Source: Gemmatimonadales bacterium (GTDB taxonomy: Bacteria > Gemmatimonadota > Gemmatimonadetes > Gemmatimonadales > GWC2-71-9). Taken from it: a DNA stretch of 50,592 bases. The first letter of the stretch is position 1, and every line of letters begins with the position of its first letter. Positions 8,215 to 16,652 of the stretch are shown in pieces. The stretch covers positions 1 through 50,592 of the forward strand of contig JBOHSB010000316.1 in NCBI GenBank assembly GCA_050733015.1. Reading direction: 5' to 3'. The position numbers and the translations under genes are program-made. The notes below the pieces were generated by a model. It was not told the origin of the DNA. It saw nothing but the letters and a program-made list of their open reading frames with translations, and made no database searches.

Positions 8215-8394
8215 TCAGTGCGCCTGGTGCGCTGCGGCCCGCCCGAAGCGCTCCTGGAAGTAGTCGACCATCCACTGGGTCACGTCGATCTTCTCCGCGA
8301 GCAATCGCCATCGGGCCTCGGCCCCCGACACGTGCGCTTCCCAGAACCTTCGCACCGTAGTGAGAGGGTCGTGCGACCGTGTAGAGTATGTCAT
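8215..8394 (-). pseudogene. Chimeric relic ORF: methyltransferase 5' end fused to a DUF354 3' end
   Basis: MTYSTRSHDPLTTVRRFWEAHV is collinear with MTSSAEPRVTLSAVRQFWEAHV of the 6345 methyltransferase. RLLAEKIDVTQWMVDYFQERF matches RLLADKIDVTQWMVDYFHERF at the DUF354 C-terminus. Nucleotide repeats are listed separately. Confidence 0.55.
8245..8304. repeat. Direct repeat copy A (60-nt core)
   Basis: 55/60 identical by hand alignment to 10368-10427. Collinear homology extends to about 8204, across the stop/start junction. Confidence 0.85.
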
Positions 8395-8452
8395 CCTAGA
8401 TATGACCCGCCGGCAGATCACAGGCCCGACCTCTCGCGGGTGGTGCGATCAT

Positions 8453-9544
8453 TCATAATGCGACCTGGTGGGCAACTCTTATCAGGTCCCTGGCCGGAAA
8501 CCGATGATCGCGCCAGCGCAAAAGCGGTCGCTCGATCCATTCATAGGACGCCCATGCCAACATCAGCGCGACGCCCATACCCACAACGCTCACGCCCCAC
8601 CGGCCGTGCCAGAATGTGTCCGTGAGATGAGAAGCGAGCAAATGATATAGATAGAGTGAGTACGAGAGAGTTCCGAGCCGCCGCATGACAGGGTGATCCA
8701 GCCAGCGCCATTGAGCCGCTAGCAGATGGTGGACTAGGAGCGCGATCAGTACTCCCTCCAGCGGGTAGCTAATGGCTAACGGTCTCGTAGGTATGCTCAT
8801 CATCACTGCTGTGAGGACACCGAGTCCGAGAATGGGGAGCACGGGGAGCCAGCGGTGCTGGTGTGCCAGCTCTGCCAGCCCTCGAAAACGTCGCGTGTCG
8901 CGGCTGACAGCGAGCAGACAGCCAAAAGCCAGGAAATCACAGCGAGTATCGAAAGCGAATTGCATGTAGTGTGGCGGAACGACGCCTGCGAGGGAGCCAC
9001 GCCAGATCCATACGGCAAGTATCGATAGTACTAGGTCACGCCGAACTGTCGTGACTCCGCGCCGGTGACGCCAAAGTAGCAACGCGGGCCACAGGAGGTA
9101 GAACTGCTCCTCAACGGCGAGGCTCCAGGTGTGCGTGATCTGTGTGCCGGGGCGGGGATGGACAGCGACGTAATAGTCGTTGTAGTAAAACACGCTCGCG
9201 AGCCACTCCCCAGACGGTGGGTTTGCAGGGCTGCCATGAAGAATCAGCCAGGCTACGAACAAGAACGTGAAGGCCGCCGGCATGATTCGCAGCGAGCGTC
9301 GAACATAGAACCGGCCCAACCGAATCGTCCCTGAATCGTGGACTTCCTTGAGCAACAAGCCCGTGATGAGGAAGCCGCTGAGCACGAAGAAGACAGCCAC
9401 GCCTAGCGAGCCGAGCGGTAGCCAATGCCCGGCGTGGCCAACCATTACCAGGGCGACAGCGATCGCACGAAGGCCATCCAAGGCCGGGAACCGATTAGAT
9501 AACGCCACGGTCCCGCGAGTTGAGCGGCCAAGGGTCGTGTACAA
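8453..9544 (-). CDS. Acyltransferase family 3 (O-acetyltransferase-type membrane protein)
   Basis: FPALDGLRAIAVALVMVGH motif and about 10 hydrophobic helices. 363 aa. Confidence 0.9.
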   Translation of the reverse strand: MYTTLGRSTRGTVALSNRFPALDGLRAIAVALVMVGHAGHWLPLGSLGVAVFFVLSGFLITGLLLKEVHDSGTIRLGRFYVRRSLRIMPAAFTFLFVAWLILHGSPANPPSGEWLASVFYYNDYYVAVHPRPGTQITHTWSLAVEEQFYLLWPALLLWRHRRGVTTVRRDLVLSILAVWIWRGSLAGVVPPHYMQFAFDTRCDFLAFGCLLAVSRDTRRFRGLAELAHQHRWLPVLPILGLGVLTAVMMSIPTRPLAISYPLEGVLIALLVHHLLAAQWRWLDHPVMRRLGTLSYSLYLYHLLASHLTDTFWHGRWGVSVVGMGVALMLAWASYEWIERPLLRWRDHRFPARDLIRVAHQVAL

Positions 9545-9568
9545 GGCGAAGACCGGAGATTCCCACGG

Positions 9569-10336
9569 CTATCCACGACCTCTCGGAATTGCGGGGACGC
9601 CCGTATGCGATCTACCGTCTCTCTGCGGGCACGTGGGCAGCTCCGCCTCGAGCGCATGTTCGATGGCTCGGGTCGCGAGCGGAGCCATGATCCGATAGGC
9701 GGCCTCCGTTGGATGGAGACCATCCCTGGACAGCTCGGGTGGCAGGCCCCCCCGTCCGTCGGTGAGAGCCGAGTGGAAGTCTACAAATGTGATCGCCGTG
9801 GCGGCTGAGTATTGTCGAATCCAGGCATTCAGGGCGATGACCGAGTCAGCCACTACAAAGCCGGGGTTTGTAGGCCACTCATAGACGGGGAGTACGGTTG
9901 CGAGGACGACGCGTATGCCGTTCGCCTGTGCAAGCTCAACCATCGAGACCAGATTGTCTTCGGCTATTTGACTACCCGACGGCTCAGACCGCCGACCCAG
10001 GTCATTCGCGCCGGCCAGAATCAGCACCACGGCAGGGTGCAACCGCACCACATCTTGCCGAAACCGGAGAAGCATCTGACTTGTGGTTTGGCCGGCCTCA
10101 CCACGGCCGAGATATGGGCGGCCCGGAAACATCGTATGGAAAAACTTACTCCAGTGGTCCACAATCGAGTTCCCGAAGAAGACAACTCGCTCCTCAGTAG
10201 ACGAAGCCAGCTTCGCATTCTCCGCACGATACCGCCTCAAACCAGCCCAGTCATTGGACCGAGCCTCGCCGCAGGCGAGGAGACCGCATTGAACGGCAGC
10301 AAGGGCCATCAGCAACGACCGGTGTCTGCGGCACAT
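9569..10336 (-). CDS. SGNH/GDSL-family hydrolase, exported (lipoprotein-like leader)
   Basis: Block I FFGNSIVDHW, block III LILAGANDL, block V DGLHPT. Leader LMALAAVQCGLLAC. Confidence 0.85.
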   Translation of the reverse strand: MCRRHRSLLMALAAVQCGLLACGEARSNDWAGLRRYRAENAKLASSTEERVVFFGNSIVDHWSKFFHTMFPGRPYLGRGEAGQTTSQMLLRFRQDVVRLHPAVVLILAGANDLGRRSEPSGSQIAEDNLVSMVELAQANGIRVVLATVLPVYEWPTNPGFVVADSVIALNAWIRQYSAATAITFVDFHSALTDGRGGLPPELSRDGLHPTEAAYRIMAPLATRAIEHALEAELPTCPQRDGRSHTGVPAIPRGRG

Positions 10337-10337
10337 G

Positions 10338-11390
10338 TCAGGACGCCTTTTGCCGACTGGTACGCTGGAAGCGCTCGTGGAAGTAGTCGACCATCCATTG
10401 AGTCACGTCGATCTTGTCTGCGAGCAAACGAGCCCTCGCTCTCGCCGCCCAGACGCGTGGAGGTTCGTTCGAGAAGAGGTCCCCGATCACTCCAAGGGCC
10501 TCTTCAAATCTTCGGTTGGGGAAGTAACGAACGAGTCCGTATCGTTGCTCCTCGTCGTCGGTATATCCCCGACGGGTCGTCGCAATGTATACGGCTGGTA
10601 CGCCCAGGACGGCCGCCTCCGAGGCCATGGTTGCGGACTCCCCAACCAAGACTTGCGCATGGGCAAGGATGTGGTGGATGTCTTCGACAGGCCCACGAAG
10701 CGTTAGAGGCTCCAACCCTTCCGTGAGAGGACCCTCCGAGGATATCAGTACTTTGCCGTGCCTCGCGAGGGCGTCGACAAGAGCAAGCCGCTGCTGGCTC
10801 GACAATCCGCGTTCGCTGACATCGTGAACAGCGCGCAGGGCCACGAACCTGACGATTGAGTAGGCATCGCCAGGTCGGAGTCCGAAGGCAGCCAGCTTCG
10901 CCGGGTCGGGACTAAACCGTTTCGGATGGAGGTAGGCCAGCTCATGGTAGCCAGGATAGGCGAGGTGGTGCCCTCGCACCCTCCCGCGGTAACAATCAGG
11001 AGTGCACACGCTGTCCGCTAACGGATAGGTAAACCAATTGGTTTGGGTGGCAAACTCGGTGTCATAAAAGACGACGGCCGGTACCCGGCGTAGCCTGCCA
11101 GCGAGCACAATAGAGGGTCCCATGATCCCCGTCAGCACGTCCGGCCGAAACTCGGTAACTACCTGGCTGAGCCGGTACGTGCGTTGGATGAGCTCCCGAG
11201 CGAGCCCGAGTCCCGAGCGTTGCCTCGAGACTGTTCGATACGGAAGGCCGTATCGATCCAGGAGCTCGGTGGAGCACTCCTTTACGCGAGCGGTGATGAA
11301 GAGCTCGTGGCCACGGGTGCTCATTTCGGCGTGAAAGTTTCGAAAGAAGTGCACGTGCGCCGGGTGGAGGACGTCGATCAGGATTCTCAC
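10338..11390 (-). CDS. DUF354 domain protein (GT-B/epimerase-like fold)
   Basis: GTG at 11390-11388 preceded by aggaaag; it overlaps the upstream TGA as GTGA. N-terminus (V)RILIDVLHPAHVHFFRNF. The 531-aa track ORF extends spuriously into the upstream gene. Confidence 0.75.
   Translation of the reverse strand: MRILIDVLHPAHVHFFRNFHAEMSTRGHELFITARVKECSTELLDRYGLPYRTVSRQRSGLGLARELIQRTYRLSQVVTEFRPDVLTGIMGPSIVLAGRLRRVPAVVFYDTEFATQTNWFTYPLADSVCTPDCYRGRVRGHHLAYPGYHELAYLHPKRFSPDPAKLAAFGLRPGDAYSIVRFVALRAVHDVSERGLSSQQRLALVDALARHGKVLISSEGPLTEGLEPLTLRGPVEDIHHILAHAQVLVGESATMASEAAVLGVPAVYIATTRRGYTDDEEQRYGLVRYFPNRRFEEALGVIGDLFSNEPPRVWAARARARLLADKIDVTQWMVDYFHERFQRTSRQKAS
10368..10427. repeat. Direct repeat copy B (60-nt core)
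   Basis: 55/60 identical to 8245-8304. It lies in the authentic 3' end of the DUF354 gene. Confidence 0.85.
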
Positions 11391-12331
11391 GCTCTGCTTT
11401 CCTCGCGCGCACCGTACTCGAGAGCCGCCACGGTGACTACCGCCGCGATCACCATGGTCATCCGTAGCAAGAGGTACACGCTCAAGACGGTCGCGGCTGC
11501 GATGCCTTGGCGTCCAAAAAGCACGATCGCCGTCAGTTCCATGGTGCCGGCACCGGCGACGGTCACAGGGACGTACCCGACCAAGGAGCTCATGAAGGGA
11601 ATCGTTGCGGCCGAGCCAAGGGCGATTGCGATGGAGACAGCCCTGAACGCGGCGACATAGAGCGCCGTGTTCACAACCCACTTGAGCACGGTCAGCCCGA
11701 AATTGACAGCGATGCTCCCTGGATAGCGCCGAAACCCCAGGATTTGCGCGACAATGGAGGTCCACACGGACCTGACGCGTGCAGCCCACCCCTTGCTGTG
11801 CGGCACCCCTCGAGCCACGCCCCACCCGACGATCACAGCCAGCAGGCCACCGAGAACGATCGAAAGCACCCAGGTCCGTGCCGGGAACCGCGCGTACAGC
11901 ACGATGCCGACCGTGCTGACAGCACCCAACCACAGGAGACTGATCGCCTTGTCCAATATGTAGGCGGCCCCGCTCTTGTCGACGGGCACGCCTGCTCGTT
12001 TGAGGAGGAGCACTTGACTTGCATCACCGAGCTGCCCGGGAAGCAGCAACGACAGGAGCCAGCTTTCCAGGTAGGAACGCAGAAATGGTGCGAAGGGCAC
12101 CATTTCGAGTCGTCGGAGCAGCAGCCACACGTTGGAGGCGCCTAGCAGCAGCCAGAGAACCGCTCCGACAAACACGAGCCCGAACCATGATGGGGAAACG
12201 ATCGTGAGCACGGCTGCGAGTCGATGCGGCCCCGCCACGGCCACCAGCACCGCCAACAATCCGAGGCCAATCGCCCAGCGCCACGAGGCGATGTTCGTTC
12301 GAGCGCGCGTTCCAGGAGGCCGATAAGGCAA
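11387..12331 (-). CDS. Flippase-like membrane protein (UPF0104 / lysyl-PG synthase TM-domain type)
   Basis: 314 aa, about 8 hydrophobic helices and a basic N-terminus. The family call rests on topology and remembered similarity only. Confidence 0.6.
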   Translation of the reverse strand: MPYRPPGTRARTNIASWRWAIGLGLLAVLVAVAGPHRLAAVLTIVSPSWFGLVFVGAVLWLLLGASNVWLLLRRLEMVPFAPFLRSYLESWLLSLLLPGQLGDASQVLLLKRAGVPVDKSGAAYILDKAISLLWLGAVSTVGIVLYARFPARTWVLSIVLGGLLAVIVGWGVARGVPHSKGWAARVRSVWTSIVAQILGFRRYPGSIAVNFGLTVLKWVVNTALYVAAFRAVSIAIALGSAATIPFMSSLVGYVPVTVAGAGTMELTAIVLFGRQGIAAATVLSVYLLLRMTMVIAAVVTVAALEYGAREESRA

Positions 12332-12339
12332 GGGCGACG

Positions 12340-14547
12340 TTATGCGTCGACCGGGGTGGCCACGAAGCTTCGAAAGGAGCGTAAGTCAACCGGTTGTCCG
12401 CTGCGGATACTCTCCTGAGCCGCGAACATGCATAGGGTCGCGAGCGATGCCTCCGACCAGGTCAGCATCGAATTGGCCTCACCACGCACGGCGGCGACGA
12501 ACTGGGTGAGGGCCTGACGATGTCCCATCTGCCTCTTTCGGCTCCCGTGGACCGCGGTTTTCTTGCCGTGGACTACGAGCCGAGCGAAATCGTCCAGGGT
12601 GGCTATCTGACCTCTGCCGCTGACGGTGACGCGCTCTCGTGGAAAGCTTGGCGACCCGGCCTCGTCGTATACCACGCTCGCGACCGCGCCGTCATAGAAG
12701 AGCGTAATCGAGAAGCTGCTGAGCTTGCGCAGGTCGTCGGGGGTGGGGCCCAGCACCAGTGCGTGTACCCTTGTGGGAGGGAGCCCGATCAGGAAGTTGC
12801 AAAGATCGATAAAATGTTCCGCCTCAGACACGAGCCGCCCACCGCCTTCGAACTCATCAACCGTTCGGTGATCAGGAGGTACGGGCTGTTGGTTGACGAA
12901 ATAGGACACCGACTGGACTGGCTCATGCAAGAGCGCCTTCAATTGTGTGACCAGGGGCGAATAGCGGCGGTTCAGACCCATGGTGAAGAGAACGGGCGTC
13001 TCCTCCATGGCCCCATAGACGCGTCTGAAATCGTCAAGGGTGGTTGCCATCGGCTTTTCGACATATATGCACTTCCCGGCGTCGACTGCCTGCACGATCT
13101 GCCGTCCGTGCTCTCGGGGCGATGACGCGATGACGACCGCGTCGATCTGTGGGTCATTGAGCATTGCGGCGACGTCCGTGGTGATTGTCGCCGCGGTCGT
13201 CAGATGTGCCGCGATTGTCGCGTCCTTGCCGGTTGCCGAGCCGATACTGCGTAGGTCGACGCCGGGGATCGAGCGCAGCTCCGGGACAAGGACCCCGAGT
13301 GCGTGACTACCTGCCCCCAGGACGCCAATGCCGACGGCACCGGCCGGCTTGGGTCGCCGGTGAAGGGTCAAAGTCCTGGAGCGATCGGGCATTCGGTCGG
13401 TATCGTAGCGGATGAGTGCCGCCACACCATCCATGGTCCCGTCGCTCAGCGCAGAGAAAGCAGCCTGGGCTTCCGTAAGTTGATACACCTGCGAAATGAG
13501 CGGCTGCACATCGATGGCTCCGGATGCAAGGAGCCGGACGAACTCGCCCAGATTGCGACGCTCGGTCCACCGGACGTACCCGAACGGGTAATCGACTCTC
13601 CCCCGTTCGTACGGCAAGTGATAGCTACCCGGTCCGTATGCGCGCGAGTAGCGAAGGTCGATCTCTTTGTAGAGAAAACCCTTCGGGTGGATGTCGAGCT
13701 TGACGTACCCAACGATGACGACTCGTCCCTGCTTGCGGGTGATGTCCATCGAGCTGTTTACGATCTTCTCTGATCGCGAACTGGCACAGATGATGGTGGC
13801 GTCGACGCCGTGCTTTCCTGTGAATCGGCTTACTTCTTGATTCAGATCGCACGTGGTCGGATTCAGGACGACGTCGGCGCCGCAGGTCTTGGCTAGCCGA
13901 ACTCTCCGCTCCTCGATATCGATGCCTACGACCACGCATCCAGCAGCCTTGGCGATCATAGCACACAGCTGCCCCAACAGGCCCAGGCCGTATACCGCGA
14001 CGACCTCTCCGAATCTTAGGTCTGCTCTGCGTAGTGCCTGAATGACGATGCCGCCCACGGTCACGAATGCGGCGTCCTGGGGGGCCACCGCATCGGGTAG
14101 CGGAACAATGTGGTTGATATAGGGGACCACCAGCTCCGCATGGCCGGCGGCCGCGAACGCGACCGGGTCGCCTTCTCTGAGCCCTTCGACCCGCTCCCCG
14201 ACGGCCAGCACTCTACCCGCCCCGCTGTAGCCGATCTCCCGAGGCCGCACCATTTCCTGCCAGACTCGCCGCGCCGTTTGCGGCAGACCCGCTGCGAACA
14301 CAGTTGCCTTGACAGCTTCTCTCATCCAGGGATCGGCGATGGTCTGCTTCACCAGCTCGACCGGCGTCTTGGCAATCGTGCTCAATTCGGTGCCGGAGCT
14401 GATGAGCGAGAACTCTGTTCGGACCAGGACCTGGTCAGGGCCACAATGGGGCTCAGGGAGCTCAATTACTCGCACCTGACCCTTCGGGTCGATGACCCTT
14501 CGAATGATTTGCTTCACGCTGCCGGGCCACCAGTTGGCCGTCCGCAA
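12340..14547 (-). CDS. Bi-domain oxidoreductase (MDR alcohol-dehydrogenase-like N-terminus plus Gfo/Idh/MocA C-terminus)
   Basis: Rossmann motif VAVYGLGLLGQL in the N-terminal half. A second dinucleotide fold IGVLGAGSHA and the EKP motif (YVEKPMA) in the C-terminal half. The start is TTG at 14547 or GTG at 14517 (VKQIIRR). Confidence 0.85.
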   Translation of the reverse strand: MRTANWWPGSVKQIIRRVIDPKGQVRVIELPEPHCGPDQVLVRTEFSLISSGTELSTIAKTPVELVKQTIADPWMREAVKATVFAAGLPQTARRVWQEMVRPREIGYSGAGRVLAVGERVEGLREGDPVAFAAAGHAELVVPYINHIVPLPDAVAPQDAAFVTVGGIVIQALRRADLRFGEVVAVYGLGLLGQLCAMIAKAAGCVVVGIDIEERRVRLAKTCGADVVLNPTTCDLNQEVSRFTGKHGVDATIICASSRSEKIVNSSMDITRKQGRVVIVGYVKLDIHPKGFLYKEIDLRYSRAYGPGSYHLPYERGRVDYPFGYVRWTERRNLGEFVRLLASGAIDVQPLISQVYQLTEAQAAFSALSDGTMDGVAALIRYDTDRMPDRSRTLTLHRRPKPAGAVGIGVLGAGSHALGVLVPELRSIPGVDLRSIGSATGKDATIAAHLTTAATITTDVAAMLNDPQIDAVVIASSPREHGRQIVQAVDAGKCIYVEKPMATTLDDFRRVYGAMEETPVLFTMGLNRRYSPLVTQLKALLHEPVQSVSYFVNQQPVPPDHRTVDEFEGGGRLVSEAEHFIDLCNFLIGLPPTRVHALVLGPTPDDLRKLSSFSITLFYDGAVASVVYDEAGSPSFPRERVTVSGRGQIATLDDFARLVVHGKKTAVHGSRKRQMGHRQALTQFVAAVRGEANSMLTWSEASLATLCMFAAQESIRSGQPVDLRSFRSFVATPVDA

Positions 14548-14586
14548 ATCAGCGTCTTACTCATGGAGTTGCCTCGTATGCTCGGA

Positions 14587-15396
14587 TCACAGGGTCCCAT
14601 GTACGGCGTGCACTGTTAGCGGCGTGCCCTTGGAAGCCGTCGCGAGAATACCCGCGCCCCACTCAGGGCGGGAGAATTTGCCAAGGTAGGAAATGCTCAA
14701 CAGCAACGGCAGGACAGCGGCGTATAGAACCTTGTGCTTTCGCTCGGCGCCAGTGATGCAATAGGAGACATTGTTTGTAACGGTTTCCAACATGCCGTAG
14801 GTAGAAGCCATGGTACGCACATCAAACCCGGCGGCAGTGAGCTTCCCAGCCAGTTCCTCAGTGAGGTAGCCGGGACGAACGTGCCCTGGGACATTGAAAT
14901 TGACGCGGCGCCGGAATACGGGCCAACGACGATAGTAACCCGGTGTGTGGAGCACCAAGAGGCCGCCCGGAGCCAGCGCATTATTGAGATTTCGTAGCGC
15001 CGTGACGTCGTCCTGGATGTGCTCGAGGTTGTCCACACTCACCACGAGATCGAACTGCTCGCGAAAGCCCAATGCCGTCACGTCGCCCGTCGAAAAGCGG
15101 CAGTTGCGAATGCCCGCCTTGGCCGCAATCATCTCGGCGCGGTCGATCGCGATCTTGTCGATGTCGATGCCCAACACCTCGGCCTGGGGGTGACGCTTTG
15201 CCAGCTCCATCGTGAACACGCCGGGCCCACAGCCGGCGTCCAGAATCCGACGGTAGGAACCGTTGGTCGCGGGCAACACCCGCCGAAGCCGAATGCGAAG
15301 TCCATTGACCGGAACGCCGAGGCACCGAACGTAAAAGCGTTCGGCCAGAGTCAACGCTGGATCAAGAGACTGCTCGGCGCCGGGCAGTCCTATCAC
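14587..15396 (-). CDS. Class I SAM-dependent methyltransferase
   Basis: Motif I ILDAGCGPGVFT. The GTG start overlaps the upstream TGA (GTGA at 15393-15396). Confidence 0.9.
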   Translation of the reverse strand: MIGLPGAEQSLDPALTLAERFYVRCLGVPVNGLRIRLRRVLPATNGSYRRILDAGCGPGVFTMELAKRHPQAEVLGIDIDKIAIDRAEMIAAKAGIRNCRFSTGDVTALGFREQFDLVVSVDNLEHIQDDVTALRNLNNALAPGGLLVLHTPGYYRRWPVFRRRVNFNVPGHVRPGYLTEELAGKLTAAGFDVRTMASTYGMLETVTNNVSYCITGAERKHKVLYAAVLPLLLSISYLGKFSRPEWGAGILATASKGTPLTVHAVHGTL

Positions 15397-16652
15397 GGCT
15401 CATCTCCGCAGTGCTCCAGATGGCACCCGATGGCCCACGCCATCCAGGCCTGGCACCAGCGCAGCTCGCGGATCCGGGTCCGAAGCACGCGTCCGTGCTG
15501 GTAGTCGAACCAATGGCTCCGGGTGTCATACATGCGTCTCACCGCCCAGTCGAGGATCCGGCGCGACATGTCGGCTTGAGCCGCATCGCCCATCCGTGAG
15601 CTCGCGAGAGCGAACGTGATGGTTCCCTGGGCCGCGCCGTGGATGTCGAACGGGTAACGCCGATCGTATCTGAACCTCGGTGCGCCATCGGGATCGAAGA
15701 GCCGCTCGCGATAGAAGCGAAGTCCCCGGCGATAGGCGTCCTCGAATTCGGCTGACTCCGCGAGACGGGAGTACTCCAGAACCGAATCCAGAATGAAACC
15801 GGTATGGTAGTTGTCGTGCGTGATGCGGCTGGCGGAAGGCGGTTCGGTGTAGTACCAGGCTCCGTAGGGAGTCTGCTTCGAGACGACGTAACGGACCAGC
15901 CGCCCGGCTTCCCGCATCATCGTCGCGTCATTGCAGAGGGCCGCGACGCGGGCCGCTGCCGCCCCCGTCAGCGCCGAGATATCCAACACGTTCCACGACA
16001 CCGCCTCGGAGGGTACATAACTCACCGCCCGATGGGTGGCGTCCTGGTACAGCGTCCTGGGCGCGTCGAGCAGGAACTCGACCGACCGGCGGGCAGCCTC
16101 GAGATCCCCCGCCCGGCCCAAGGTCTCGTACCCGTCCAGCAACGCTTGGACCACGAAGCTAGTCACGACCCGGTTGGGGTAATGTCGTGGCGCGAAGAAG
16201 CCCACGTCCTGCCACGGGTAGGGATAGCCCCAGCAAGGGCTCGGAAAGCCAGGGGCAGAGTTGTGGAGCAGCCAGTCGAGGATCGCGCCGGCTTCCTCCG
16301 CGCTCCGCGCCTCATCCAACAGGCGGACGCGGGCCAGCAGCGCTCTCGCGAACAGCGCCATTCCCTTCGCGTTCCGCGCCGTTCGTACGCCGAGCAGTGG
16401 CCGGACATGGATCGGGCAACGCATGACCGCCTGGATCGCGACCAGGCGGCCAACCCTCGACTCGCCGGCCAGCCGCTCCAGCCAGGGGGCATTGAGCGCG
16501 TCGTGCTTCGAGAACCCCTCGTATCGCAGGGCTGCAGCGACATCCAGGACGTCGCGCTGGATGGCGGCCAGGCGCCCCGAGGGCCGGGGAATTGTGGCCA
16601 CGCCCTCTCGCCCGTGGGGTCCGGGCATCTCAGCTCCCGCCGGCTCGGCCAT
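15393..16652 (-). CDS. Hypothetical protein, probable alpha/alpha-repeat (toroid-like) enzyme
   Basis: 419 aa, helix-rich, with aromatic motifs WGYPYPWQ and HDNYHTGFILDS. Its operon position makes a real gene likely, but the function is unknown. The start may be the Met at 16628. Confidence 0.6.
   Translation of the reverse strand: MAEPAGAEMPGPHGREGVATIPRPSGRLAAIQRDVLDVAAALRYEGFSKHDALNAPWLERLAGESRVGRLVAIQAVMRCPIHVRPLLGVRTARNAKGMALFARALLARVRLLDEARSAEEAGAILDWLLHNSAPGFPSPCWGYPYPWQDVGFFAPRHYPNRVVTSFVVQALLDGYETLGRAGDLEAARRSVEFLLDAPRTLYQDATHRAVSYVPSEAVSWNVLDISALTGAAAARVAALCNDATMMREAGRLVRYVVSKQTPYGAWYYTEPPSASRITHDNYHTGFILDSVLEYSRLAESAEFEDAYRRGLRFYRERLFDPDGAPRFRYDRRYPFDIHGAAQGTITFALASSRMGDAAQADMSRRILDWAVRRMYDTRSHWFDYQHGRVLRTRIRELRWCQAWMAWAIGCHLEHCGDEP

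Noticed and set aside
11391-11933. N-terminal 181-codon extension of track ORF 10338..11933
   Set aside because: It overlaps the flippase-like gene in another frame. The DUF354-type sequence begins at the GTG at 11390, which has an RBS and a GTGA overlap with the upstream stop.
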